32,000 nucleotides of DNA from Candidatus Thorarchaeota archaeon (GTDB taxonomy: Archaea > Asgardarchaeota > Heimdallarchaeia > Hodarchaeales > Hodarchaeaceae), in the NCBI GenBank assembly GCA_048882505.1, contig JBHLRO010000024.1, forward strand, positions 9,860-41,859, in the 5' to 3' direction. Positions 8,267-17,685 of this stretch are shown here, piece after piece. The position numbers were made by a program, and so were the translations under genes. Positions within the stretch are counted from its first letter, which is position 1. Every line of letters begins with the position of its first letter. Below the pieces are notes generated by a model. It was not told the origin of the DNA. It saw only the letters and a list, made by a program, of their open reading frames with translations, and ran no database searches.

Positions 8267-9370
8267 ATGAGTCGAGATATTTTAGCAGAAGAACAACTTA
8301 AATTTGAAATAATACGCGTTCTTTCCCGTTACTTCCTCCGTCAAATTGAAGATCTAGTTAGAACTAAAACAGGGGCTTTCTTTCCCGTAGAAAAAATCGA
8401 AAATATAGAGCTAGGCCGAAGGCTGGGGAAACGGAGGGAATTGCAGTTAGCGACGCTCACGGTTCGAGATGCAATTTCTGATCGCAAATTCAGTTTCGAA
8501 CTTGCCTTTAAGTTCCATGCAGATCAAGATGCCGCTATCAAGGAGGGAAATGGGGCGTTATGGCTAGGAGATGTCTTAAAGAACAATTTTAAGGTGCACA
8601 CACCACAATTACTGTATTTATCTAGAGAAAGCTCGCTATTAATTTATGAGGGAGTTCAAGCAAAGGAATTCTATGACAGTGAGCTTGGAGAACACGAAAA
8701 ACTGCTTTTAGCTGGCATGGCACTACCTTATGTTCATGGCATTTTCAAACAGAGGGTGCAAGTGGATCGCTATCTCCACCTAATTTCAGGGGTAACCGCT
8801 GGTTTACGAATGTCACCAGATGAGAAAACAGAGTTTAATTCTCTTTTTAAACCGTTCCTCCGTCATATAGGCATCAGCGAAGCGGGTGGGAATTGTTTTG
8901 GTGATTTCCATCCCGGAAATATTATGTTTCAACATGGCGGGGATATAAATGCATCTACGAGTAATACGGGGAATGTAGTGGTAGATCACACCCATATTTT
9001 TTTAATTGATCCAGCTTTTTTAGATAATGAAGGAAACGTTGATAGAACTGAGGACATCGGGACTTTTTTTTCAAAAATTGCTTCGAATGAATGGTTATTG
9101 AACCAATCATTTGACACTAGTATAGGCCAAATTGAGCAATTCGTTAAAGGTTACAATTACATCACCCAAATGAACGGTACAACGTTACAGGATTATTATG
9201 TGGACGGAAAACCCTCTTTCGATTTTCAAATTGGGTTGGGAATCCTGCTTGATACCTTATATAAAATGAAAACACCTGGTGGAGATTTTGGAACCAAAAC
9301 AAGCACTAATATTGAGGCGGCCAAACAGATTTTGACTCGACAGCCGTTTGAAGCAGTCGAACCTGCCTAG
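8267..9370 (+). CDS. APH/choline-kinase-like phosphotransferase-fold protein, substrate unknown
   Basis: LAFKF (ATP-binding Lys), GDFHPGN catalytic loop, LIDP metal-binding Asp. ATG at 8267 preferred over TTG at 8240. Confidence 0.65.
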   Translation: MSRDILAEEQLKFEIIRVLSRYFLRQIEDLVRTKTGAFFPVEKIENIELGRRLGKRRELQLATLTVRDAISDRKFSFELAFKFHADQDAAIKEGNGALWLGDVLKNNFKVHTPQLLYLSRESSLLIYEGVQAKEFYDSELGEHEKLLLAGMALPYVHGIFKQRVQVDRYLHLISGVTAGLRMSPDEKTEFNSLFKPFLRHIGISEAGGNCFGDFHPGNIMFQHGGDINASTSNTGNVVVDHTHIFLIDPAFLDNEGNVDRTEDIGTFFSKIASNEWLLNQSFDTSIGQIEQFVKGYNYITQMNGTTLQDYYVDGKPSFDFQIGLGILLDTLYKMKTPGGDFGTKTSTNIEAAKQILTRQPFEAVEPA

Positions 9371-9567
9371 CCATATTTTTGTTATTTTCGACAGACTCTT
9401 AACAAAATATTAGAAGGACTGAGAATTTTCGCACTACCTGCCTTTAAGGTAGTCCTCCATCCCGTCTTCCTAGACGATAGGGTGCTAAATTTAGGTACCT
9501 GGCGTTAATAGTTTTAATAGTTTTTTTCGCAAGGATTAATAGAGATACTCGGGGCGTTTGCTTGAAT

Positions 9568-12500
9568 ATGGAAAAACTTTCCAATGATGATAAATGGGTT
9601 GTCTTGCGGGCGATGTACAACGAGTTTGGCCTAGTTAGACAACATTTACTGTCGTTTAATGAATTTATTTCTCTTTCATTAAATGAAATTGTTAGGGAAA
9701 GACCCAAAATTGAACCTGATATTGAGGGCTTTTACGTCAAGCTGGAAGGGGTGGAATTAGGAACTCCATCAGTAAAAGAAGCAGATGGTTCTGAACGCAC
9801 AATTTACCCTATGGAGGCGCGTATCCGAAACTTAATTTATTCCAGCCCATTAAATTTAAAAATGAAACCAGTATATGTGGATGCCGGCATAGAGAAAGAA
9901 GAAGAGGAGGTAACCGCATATATCGGGCGATTACCCATTATGTTGAAATCAGAGGCATGCCTTCTAAACAATTTGCCTCGTGATGAATTGATTCGACTCG
10001 GAGAAGATCCAGAAGATCCTGGAGGATATTTCATTATAAATGGATCAGAACGAGTAATTGTTACCCAGGAGTATCTTGTAAGTAATCGCGTGTTAGTTGA
10101 CGAGGGGAGAAAGGGTTCATCGACAACCGCCGTTGCAAAAGTCTTCAGTACCGTTGCAGGATTTCGATCCCTAGTGTCAGTTCAGCGTAGGAAAGATGGG
10201 CGGTTATTGGTCAATTTCTTTAGTGTTCCGCGTCCCCTTCCACTTGCGGTTTTGATTAAGGCATTAGGGGTGACCATAGATCGTGATATTGCCAATCTTG
10301 TAACCAATGATCCTGAAATTATTCAAGAATTATTGCCCACTCTTAGAGAAGCCGCAGAGATCATTGATCAGGAAGAAGCTTTGGATTTCATTGGTAAACG
10401 TGTGGCTGTGGGGCAAACTAAACAATACCGTATACTCCGGGCGAAACAGGTTCTTGACAACTATTTATTGCCTCATGTAGGAAAGGATGAGAGATTCCGC
10501 CCCCAGAAAGCCCTTTACCTCGCACAGATGGCGCTTAAAGTCATCCAACTTAATTTAGGTCATACTATGCTAGATGACAAAGATCATTATGCTAATAAAC
10601 GCCTAAAACTTGCAGGAGAGATGTTAACCAGTCTTTTTCGAGTTGCTTTTCATTCGCTTTACCGAGATATCAAATATCAATTGGAGAAAGGCGCCCGGAG
10701 GGGGAAGCTCCCCAATCTCCGTGTTGCAATGCGGGCCGATGTCATCACAGAACGTATTCGCCACGCCCTCGCAACGGGAAATTGGGTAGGAGGAAAGGCA
10801 GGAGTATCTCAGCTTCTGGACCGTACCAACTATATGTCTACGTATAGCCATTTACGCAGAGTAATCAGTCCCTTAATCCGAAGTCAGGCGCATTTTGAAG
10901 CTCGTGATCTTCACTCGACGCATTGGGGTAAAATTTGCCCCAATGAAACTCCTGAAGGCCCAAATTGTGGATTAGTCAAGAATTTGGCGATGCAGGCTTA
11001 TATTTCAGTAGGAACCGATGAAAACAAGGTAATTGATTTCATCATACAGAATTGTAAGATTACCCCTGTATCCGAAACCATTGATCACGAAGGGGTTCAC
11101 ATTCTTGTGAATGGAAATCTGATTGCTACAACACGTGAACCAGAAATAACTTTCGATATGATCCGTGAGGCCCGCAGAGCCTCCAAACTGAGTCATGAAA
11201 TTAATTTGGCCTATTTTGATGAAAACAAGGTCATATCCATAAATACAGATGAAGGGCGTGTTCGGCGCCCTCTGATTATCTTGGATCCGAAAGGTGAGGG
11301 ATCGGAGGAACCGGCCATACCCAGGTTAAAAACCTCTCATATTGAAAAGATAAAAAGAGAAGATGCTAAATTTTCGGATCTTCTTAAGGATGGGGTCATT
11401 GAATTTCTAGATGCAGAGGAAGAGGAAAACGCCTTTATTGCCATGACATTGGACGAGATTGGTTCACATCATACTCATGTTGAAATCTCCCCTTCAGCCA
11501 TTTTAGGTATTTGTGCCTCAATTATTCCGTATGCAGAACACAATCAATCCCCTCGTAATACCTACGAAGCAGGTATGACTAAACAAGCCTTGGGTTTGTA
11601 TGCTTCAAATTTCTACTTCCGAACCGATCGTCGTTCTCATATTCTGCAAGCTCCACAGATCCCCCTTGTAGGGAGTAAGTCCATGGAGGTTATCGGATTT
11701 AACGATAGACCTGCCGGTCAAAACTTTATTGTTGCCATTTTAAGTTTTCAAGGGTATAATATCGAAGATGCAATTATCCTGAATCGTGCCAGCATTCAAC
11801 GTGGTCTCGCGCGAAGTCATTTCTTTCGCTCTTATGTTGGAGAAGAAAAAAAGTATCTAGGGGGTCAGGAGGATCGATTTGAGATTCCTCAAAAAGGCGT
11901 ACGCGGGTATAGGGCAAAAGAAGTTTATCGTCATCTTTCAGAAGTCGATGGAATTATTGAACCAGAGATAGAAGTTGGGGGTGGTGATATTTTAATAGGA
12001 CGAACTTCTAGGCCTCGATTTTTAGAAGAATATATTGATTTAGAACCGTTAGAAGCATCCACCCCACAGCGGCGAGAAACAAGCGTGGCTATCCGTCATG
12101 GAGAAAAAGGAATCGTTGACTCAGTTATCCTGACTGAAACCTCAGAGGGCAGCACACTAGTAAAAATCAAGGTTCGTGACCAGCGCATTCCTGAGTTAGG
12201 AGACAAATTCGCTTCGCGACATGGACAAAAAGGAATTATCGGGCACATTGTACCCCAAGAAGATATGCCGTTCACTGAACATGGAATTGTCCCCGATCTT
12301 ATCATTAATCCTCACGCCATCCCATCTAGGATGACATTGGGTCAGATTATTGAATGTATGAGCGCTATAGTTGCCTGTTATGATGGTAACCAAATTGATG
12401 CCACTTTATTTGAAGCACCTGATCCTGAAGATATAGCATCTAGGCTTCGTAGTCTTGGATTTCATCCTTACGCCGAATCCGTGATGTATGATGGTATGAC

Positions 12501-12987
12501 GGGGCATAAACTTCCCGCTCGGATTTTTATTGGTCCCACGTATTATCAAAAACTGCATCACCTAGTGGCTGACAAAATACACGCTCGGGCAAGAGGACCG
12601 ATCCAGATTTTGACTCGACAACCGACCGAGGGCCGTGCCAGAGAAGGTGGACTTCGTTTTGGCGAAATGGAAAGAGATTGTTTGATTGGGCATGGAGCGG
12701 CCTTGTTGCTCAAAGAACGTCTCCTGGAAGAATCCGATAAGACAGAGATATTCATTTGCGAAAAATGCGGGCTAATTGCAACCTTTAATCGTAAAAAGGA
12801 TCAAACATACTGTGCAATTTGCGGAAATGTAGATACGGGGATTTACAAAATTGCAATTTCCTATGCCTTTAAATTACTCCTTCAGGAACTTATGAGTCTT
12901 ACAATAAAGCCGCAGCTAATTCTCGACGAAGCTACAGGACAATCTGAGGAAACTCCGTACGAATCAGAAAGCACAATTTCATCCTAG
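9568..12987 (+). CDS. rpoB: DNA-directed RNA polymerase subunit B (Rpo2), unsplit
   Basis: GYFIINGSERV, CPNETPEGPNCGLVKN, GDKFASRHGQKG, YYQKLHHLV, GGLRFGEMERDC and C-terminal CxxC...CxxC. ATG at 9568. Confidence 0.98.
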   Translation: MEKLSNDDKWVVLRAMYNEFGLVRQHLLSFNEFISLSLNEIVRERPKIEPDIEGFYVKLEGVELGTPSVKEADGSERTIYPMEARIRNLIYSSPLNLKMKPVYVDAGIEKEEEEVTAYIGRLPIMLKSEACLLNNLPRDELIRLGEDPEDPGGYFIINGSERVIVTQEYLVSNRVLVDEGRKGSSTTAVAKVFSTVAGFRSLVSVQRRKDGRLLVNFFSVPRPLPLAVLIKALGVTIDRDIANLVTNDPEIIQELLPTLREAAEIIDQEEALDFIGKRVAVGQTKQYRILRAKQVLDNYLLPHVGKDERFRPQKALYLAQMALKVIQLNLGHTMLDDKDHYANKRLKLAGEMLTSLFRVAFHSLYRDIKYQLEKGARRGKLPNLRVAMRADVITERIRHALATGNWVGGKAGVSQLLDRTNYMSTYSHLRRVISPLIRSQAHFEARDLHSTHWGKICPNETPEGPNCGLVKNLAMQAYISVGTDENKVIDFIIQNCKITPVSETIDHEGVHILVNGNLIATTREPEITFDMIREARRASKLSHEINLAYFDENKVISINTDEGRVRRPLIILDPKGEGSEEPAIPRLKTSHIEKIKREDAKFSDLLKDGVIEFLDAEEEENAFIAMTLDEIGSHHTHVEISPSAILGICASIIPYAEHNQSPRNTYEAGMTKQALGLYASNFYFRTDRRSHILQAPQIPLVGSKSMEVIGFNDRPAGQNFIVAILSFQGYNIEDAIILNRASIQRGLARSHFFRSYVGEEKKYLGGQEDRFEIPQKGVRGYRAKEVYRHLSEVDGIIEPEIEVGGGDILIGRTSRPRFLEEYIDLEPLEASTPQRRETSVAIRHGEKGIVDSVILTETSEGSTLVKIKVRDQRIPELGDKFASRHGQKGIIGHIVPQEDMPFTEHGIVPDLIINPHAIPSRMTLGQIIECMSAIVACYDGNQIDATLFEAPDPEDIASRLRSLGFHPYAESVMYDGMTGHKLPARIFIGPTYYQKLHHLVADKIHARARGPIQILTRQPTEGRAREGGLRFGEMERDCLIGHGAALLLKERLLEESDKTEIFICEKCGLIATFNRKKDQTYCAICGNVDTGIYKIAISYAFKLLLQELMSLTIKPQLILDEATGQSEETPYESESTISS

Positions 12988-13025
12988 AAAAATAGCCCAT
13001 TAGAAGAAATCTAACTGAGAAACTT

Positions 13026-13235
13026 GTGACCATCATGTCAACTGATAGCAGTAGATTGGGAACTGCTAGTTTTTATAAGCGTTCTCGGCGTATCCTACGT
13101 CTAGCAAAGAAGCCAGACCGATCTGAGGTATTTATGGTGATTAAGATTACTTTGGCTGGTATGGTGATCTTAGGATTGGTTGCGTTCCTCATTAGAATTG
13201 TCATTTTTTTCGTATTGGGGAAAAGTTTTACGTAG
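13026..13235 (+). CDS. secE: Protein translocase subunit SecE/Sec61-gamma
   Basis: RILRLAKKPDRSE followed by one TM helix; directly upstream of spt5. Alternative ATG at 13035. Confidence 0.92.
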   Translation: MTIMSTDSSRLGTASFYKRSRRILRLAKKPDRSEVFMVIKITLAGMVILGLVAFLIRIVIFFVLGKSFT

Positions 13236-13246
13236 ATAGGTGGTCC

Positions 13247-13726
13247 GTGGTTTCTATGTTGGATCGCAAGGCGATTCTATGTTATAAGGTGAAAAAAGGG
13301 CAAGAGATGAATACCGCTGAAATTATAGCCAGGCGTGCTGAATTACATGGCTATGATATCAGGACAATCCTTGTAACGGAAATACAAGGCTATATCTTCT
13401 TCGAAGGGGATGTAGAGGACATAACAAAGGCAGTTGATAATGCACAGTATGTGGGTAAATTACTGGGCCGCGTTTCAGTAGGGGAAATCGAGAATCATCT
13501 GCTACCCGCCCCAGTTATTGATGGTTTAAAGAAAGGAGATATTGTAGAGATTATAGATGGCCCATTTAAAGGATCCAACGCTCGAATTACTTCTATCTAT
13601 CATTCACGAGAGGAAATCACTGTAGACTTGATGACAAGTAGTGTGACGATTCCCATCGTTCTCCATGCGGATACAGTTAAATTAATTCAACCCAGTCAAG
13701 AAGAAGAAGAAGAGCTGAGTCTCTAG
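13247..13726 (+). CDS. spt5: Transcription elongation factor Spt5 (NusG family)
   Basis: NGN domain (GQE...GYIFFEG) plus KOW domain KKGDIVEIIDGPFKG. Confidence 0.95.
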   Translation: MVSMLDRKAILCYKVKKGQEMNTAEIIARRAELHGYDIRTILVTEIQGYIFFEGDVEDITKAVDNAQYVGKLLGRVSVGEIENHLLPAPVIDGLKKGDIVEIIDGPFKGSNARITSIYHSREEITVDLMTSSVTIPIVLHADTVKLIQPSQEEEEELSL

Positions 13727-13814
13727 GTTTATGTACTTGGAGCTGCCGATTTGTCGGAATTCTAGGTAACCGTAAAAAACCCGAATAAAAAAAGCCGAAA
13801 AATGGGTAGATGGC

Positions 13815-14726
13815 ATGGCGACGAGTGTTGCTGAATTTTCATCGGGCCTGGCAAGAAAACAGGCACAAATCACGTCGATCAGAGACTTGATCTCTCAGAA
13901 CGCAAACATTGCGATAGCAGATCTGAGTGGTATCTCTTCCAAGGCACTGCAAGGAATTAGGAGATCATTGAGATCAGGTGATGTTACTGCCACTATTAAA
14001 ATCGCAAAAAATACGTTGAAATCCCTAGCGTTCGAGAAATTGGCAAGGGAGTCAGGTAACAAGGATCTCACCAAACTCATCCCTTATATTAGAGGTTCCT
14101 GTGCCTTAGTTTTCTTTAATACCAATCCATTCAAAATGCAGAAATTCCTGGATCAGAATCGAGTACCAGCTCCAGCAAAGGCAGGCCAAATTTCTTCGGT
14201 GGATGTTTATGTACCAGAAGGGGCAACCAATCTGGAGCCAGGGCCGATTATAAGTGAACTTGGGGCTGTTGGATTGGCAACAAGGATAGAACGTGGTAAA
14301 ATAAAAATCACGAAAACGACAAAGGTATTGTCAGTTGGGGAAACAGTAACAGAAACACTGGCTGCAGTACTGACTCGACTTGGAATTCAACCATTCAAGG
14401 TGGGCTTGGAGCTTGGCGTCGTCTTAGAAGACGGAGGACTCATTGATGGAGCAGTCCTCAAGGTTGATAAGGAGAAGGTGGTGGCAGATCTACAAAGAGC
14501 ATATGTAGATGCCATTGCATTGGCCATTCATCCTGAAGTCGCGTATTATGCTGAAAATACAATTGGTTTACTTATGAGAAAGGCAGTTCTGCATGCACTC
14601 ACACTCTCATTAGTTACCGGTTATGTGACAAACAAAACAACAATACCTCTCCTAACTAAATCACGTAGTCAAGCCTTAATGCTAAAAGAGGCAATTAAAA
14701 AGAAGAATCCTGAGATTGAACTTTAA
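13815..14726 (+). CDS. rplP0: 50S ribosomal protein uL10/P0
   Basis: KIAKNTL, NPF, PAPAKAG, GATNLEPGPIISEL and three C-terminal spine helices. Confidence 0.95.
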   Translation: MATSVAEFSSGLARKQAQITSIRDLISQNANIAIADLSGISSKALQGIRRSLRSGDVTATIKIAKNTLKSLAFEKLARESGNKDLTKLIPYIRGSCALVFFNTNPFKMQKFLDQNRVPAPAKAGQISSVDVYVPEGATNLEPGPIISELGAVGLATRIERGKIKITKTTKVLSVGETVTETLAAVLTRLGIQPFKVGLELGVVLEDGGLIDGAVLKVDKEKVVADLQRAYVDAIALAIHPEVAYYAENTIGLLMRKAVLHALTLSLVTGYVTNKTTIPLLTKSRSQALMLKEAIKKKNPEIEL

Positions 14727-14783
14727 GCATGAATCGAGATTTAATCTCTGTATCAATCCTGCGTGTAATCATTTTCTCGGGAT

Positions 14784-15710
14784 TTAGACTCTTAAAAGCT
14801 GCGTCACATAATCTTTTGGATCAAACGGCTGTAAATCATCATATTTTTGCCCATTTCCAATGAACAATACGGGGATACCTCCCGTTGCGTGTGTAATCGA
14901 TATTAAAGCTCCGCCACGAGCATCTGCATCCATTTTCGCGAGAATTACCCCATTAAGGGGGATGTGTTTATTGAAATCTATGGCCTGGTTTGTCGCATCG
15001 TTACCAGCAAGGGCATCTACCACAAGGATTGTGAAATCAGGATTTGTAACACGATGAATTTTTTTCATTTCTTCCATTAGATCACGGTTCACAGCCATTC
15101 GACCGGATGTATCAATGATGACTACATCAGCGTATTTTGCTTTAGCATGAGCGATGGCATCATATGCCACTGCTGCTGAGTCCCCACCATATTTTCCTGA
15201 GATCATTCTAACCCCAATTTTGTCAGCATGGGTCTTAAGTTGTTCTTGGGCACCGGAACGGAATGTATCACTTCCTGCAAGCACGACCCGTAAATTCCTT
15301 TTTTTCAAGAGGTAAGCAAGTTTGGCAATCGTAGTCGTTTTTCCCGTCCCGTTAATTCCGAGAAAGAGGATAACCATTGGATTAATGTGTCTTTCTAGCT
15401 TTTTTGTCTCTTTATGACGAGTTAAAATCTCAAAAAGGTCTATTGGGGTTTTGGAGGTAACAATATCCACCAAAATGGGTTTTGCCGCATCTAGGATCAA
15501 TTTCGAAAGATCACTAAATCGTTTCGCACGTCTCCCATGCAAAGCCGCAATAAGCTTTTTGGAGATTTGCTTGGCAACTGCTAAAGATACGTCGTTAGAG
15601 ATGAGAAGTTGTTCGAATCCTCTAATTGCGTTTTGTATGTTCTTTTCAGTGATTTCACGGGTCGAAATCCTTGTTAGGAATGCATTTAGCCCCGATTTCA
15701 GCATAGACAT
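14784..15710 (-). CDS. ftsY: SRP receptor FtsY (NG domain only)
   Basis: GINGTGKTTTIAKLA, DTFRSGAQEQL, DTSGR, KMDADARGG, GNGQKYDDL. Confidence 0.96.
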   Translation of the reverse strand: MSMLKSGLNAFLTRISTREITEKNIQNAIRGFEQLLISNDVSLAVAKQISKKLIAALHGRRAKRFSDLSKLILDAAKPILVDIVTSKTPIDLFEILTRHKETKKLERHINPMVILFLGINGTGKTTTIAKLAYLLKKRNLRVVLAGSDTFRSGAQEQLKTHADKIGVRMISGKYGGDSAAVAYDAIAHAKAKYADVVIIDTSGRMAVNRDLMEEMKKIHRVTNPDFTILVVDALAGNDATNQAIDFNKHIPLNGVILAKMDADARGGALISITHATGGIPVLFIGNGQKYDDLQPFDPKDYVTQLLRV

Positions 15711-15740
15711 GGGAATTATGCAACCAAAAAGATCTCTGTC

Positions 15741-16184
15741 TCACATCACTATCTGATACTTTTGTGCAAGCTGAATTAGCTCTTGCCTGCGTCCCTCAAG
15801 TGCTTGTGCGAACTGAAAGTAATTGCTTTGGAGTTGTTTTACGCTTTGTTCCAAACTAGTTACTTGGTTTTTGTTTTTTTCCTCTGAAAGGTCTCGAGAG
15901 ATCTGAAGATTGATACCAGAGCCTATTGAGACAAAAGCAGTGTCAGGATCCTTTACTGTACAAAGAATAAGATTAGATCCTCCAATTGGGACCAGTATTT
16001 CATCTCCGGATTTTGCATGCTTTAGTTCTTCTTGGATTTTGATTGCATCATTGATGGAATCTATGGCCCTTGCCGTAAGATTAAGCTGTTGTTCGATCGC
16101 GGAGAGCTGAAGCTGTACTTGATCAATTTCATACTGCAATGTTCGGATTTTCGTGACAATTTCGTTGGTGATTTCATTGGACAT
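15741..16184 (-). CDS. pfdA: Prefoldin alpha subunit
   Basis: Coiled coils flanking EILVPIGG...VSIGSGI beta-hairpins; conserved position between eL20 and ftsY. ATG at 16184 follows GGGAG. Confidence 0.92.
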   Translation of the reverse strand: MSNEITNEIVTKIRTLQYEIDQVQLQLSAIEQQLNLTARAIDSINDAIKIQEELKHAKSGDEILVPIGGSNLILCTVKDPDTAFVSIGSGINLQISRDLSEEKNKNQVTSLEQSVKQLQSNYFQFAQALEGRRQELIQLAQKYQIVM

Positions 16185-16188
16185 AGGA

Positions 16189-16452
16189 TTAATCTCTCCC
16201 AAAAGGAATTTTGAAATCAGTAGAGATTAATTGCTTAATCATTGGGTCTTGAACGTCATCAGGGGAAATTTCCTGAATGGAAGATACTCGAATTTGATTC
16301 CTCTTCAACCGATTACAACTACCCAAATCTTGCATTAGTTTTTCAATTGCGTTTTCTTCCGTGGTCTCACATAACTCCTTGGAAAAAGCAGTAACTTTGT
16401 TTCGTTGTTTGAACTTCCCCTTAATACGAAAAATTTTTACTTCTTGTGTCAA
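16189..16452 (-). CDS. rpl18a: 50S ribosomal protein eL20 (L18Ae/LX)
   Basis: KIFRIKG...FSKE...A.EK...LGS.NRLKRNQIRV..IQEI and conserved operon position. TTG start after AGGAAGG. Confidence 0.9.
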   Translation of the reverse strand: MTQEVKIFRIKGKFKQRNKVTAFSKELCETTEENAIEKLMQDLGSCNRLKRNQIRVSSIQEISPDDVQDPMIKQLISTDFKIPFGRD

Positions 16453-16486
16453 GTTGTTGAACCTTCCTAGTAAGTATGATTGTCAT

Positions 16487-17140
16487 TTATGGTATGAATA
16501 CCCGGGTAAACTCCATGAGTTCGATACCAGTCGTTTCCCGTCCTATAAACATCCCTTTTGAATTTCCAAAAATGCCCGACGCTACAAATTCTGAACCTTT
16601 ATTAACACTACCAATTCCTACTTCTTTCAATTTGAGAATGGACTTTATTTCAGCTATCTCATCCTCTTTTGATAATGGGGAAAATAAACCACCGTTATTA
16701 TTTGCGTATGCTAGGCTACCCACCAAATCCGAGTTTGCGAGAGTTTTGGGTTCGATAGGTACATCCAATGTATCTGAGATTTCTTTTCGAATCTCATTAG
16801 GGATAATTGGCGAGATAATACCTCCCTGATCGTTCACAAGAGCCACGTTTCCAAAGGCGAAGAATTCAGGGGCCTGATAGACAGGTAATTGGGTATTCTT
16901 AAGCTGTCCTAGTACCTCTGCGGAAATAACCTTTGATACAACTAATCCATACGAATTTCCTGCTACCAAACTTCCAAGAATGGTATCTGATACAAGGAAG
17001 ACATCGGCCTGAAGGCGCCGTTTCATGAGATCGATAAGTTTGGGAGGAGAAGTAATGGGACCGAAGGCATAGGCCTCCGCAGCAAATAAGGGTACACCGA
17101 TATGCTGACTACCTAAGAAGTCTATAAGTTCGATCTCCAT
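16487..17140 (-). CDS. eif6: Translation initiation/anti-association factor aIF6
   Basis: Pentein repeats IGV, LVGSL...NNNGGL, GSVNKGSEFVASG...NSKG..IG..TTGIEL. Confidence 0.93.
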   Translation of the reverse strand: MEIELIDFLGSQHIGVPLFAAEAYAFGPITSPPKLIDLMKRRLQADVFLVSDTILGSLVAGNSYGLVVSKVISAEVLGQLKNTQLPVYQAPEFFAFGNVALVNDQGGIISPIIPNEIRKEISDTLDVPIEPKTLANSDLVGSLAYANNNGGLFSPLSKEDEIAEIKSILKLKEVGIGSVNKGSEFVASGIFGNSKGMFIGRETTGIELMEFTRVFIP

Positions 17141-17219
17141 AGATTAGGCCTCCGCTTCGGTAGATTTTTGGTATAAGCATATTATTTGGGAAAAACCTTG
17201 ACATAAAGGAGGTGAGAGA

Positions 17220-17504
17220 TTATTCCAAAAATACGCTAACTCGATCATCTTCTGTTTTTACAGCCCGAATACGGATTTTTCGGGGTGGGTGTTGAATGCC
17301 GCGTGCCCACATAAATGCATTAACCACAGGATCTATACTGAGTTCATCATCACTACATCGCATATGACGCTTGATAAAATCCTTGAGATGACGAACAGCT
17401 CGAGGAGTTCGTTGGGGACGCGGGATGTTTCTTCCATAGATCTTCTTTCCAAAAGGAATCGTGTAGATTCGTTCTTCAACAATAGTCTCTGGGGATTCAC
17501 TCAA
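17220..17504 (-). CDS. rpl31e: 50S ribosomal protein eL31
   Basis: EERIYTIP...RTPRAVRHLKDFIKRHM...WARGIQHPPRKIRIRA. TTG start. Confidence 0.95.
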   Translation of the reverse strand: MSESPETIVEERIYTIPFGKKIYGRNIPRPQRTPRAVRHLKDFIKRHMRCSDDELSIDPVVNAFMWARGIQHPPRKIRIRAVKTEDDRVSVFLE

Positions 17505-17518
17505 CGAGATATCCTTCC

Positions 17519-17674
17519 TCAGGGCTTAATTTTGGTTCTACGCCAATGTCTTCTCTTTGGATGGCTAGTGACGGTACGGTTTGTCTTGAGAATGACCCAT
17601 GTCGGTACTGTCTGATTCTGAGTATATTTTTTCGCAAGACGTAGCTTTTTCGCAGGAGGTTTATTGCGTGCCAG
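17519..17674 (-). CDS. rpl39e: 50S ribosomal protein eL39 (absent from the ORF track; probable CTG start)
   Basis: My translation: (M)[50 protein letters not shown], 51 codons from CTG at 17674. An in-frame GTG lies at 17683. Confidence 0.96.
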   Translation of the reverse strand: MARNKPPAKKLRLAKKYTQNQTVPTWVILKTNRTVTSHPKRRHWRRTKIKP

Positions 17675-17678
17675 TTTT

Positions 17679-17685
17679 ATCACCT
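17679..17685 (-). promoter_or_regulatory. Shine-Dalgarno motif for rpl39e, overlapping the rpl1 stop codon
   Basis: Minus strand reads ...AAC TAG GTGATAAAA CTG GCA: AGGTGAT followed by 4 nt and then CTG. Confidence 0.7.

Noticed and set aside
9444-12755. Several 60-90 aa minus-strand ORFs overlapping rpoB; similar shadow ORFs overlap valS, ftsY, eif6, rpl1, truD and rnd
   Set aside because: They are antisense or alternative-frame shadows of well-supported genes with no recognisable motifs.
14784-15710. FtsY lacking an acidic N-terminal domain
   Set aside because: NG-only FtsY is common in prokaryotes.
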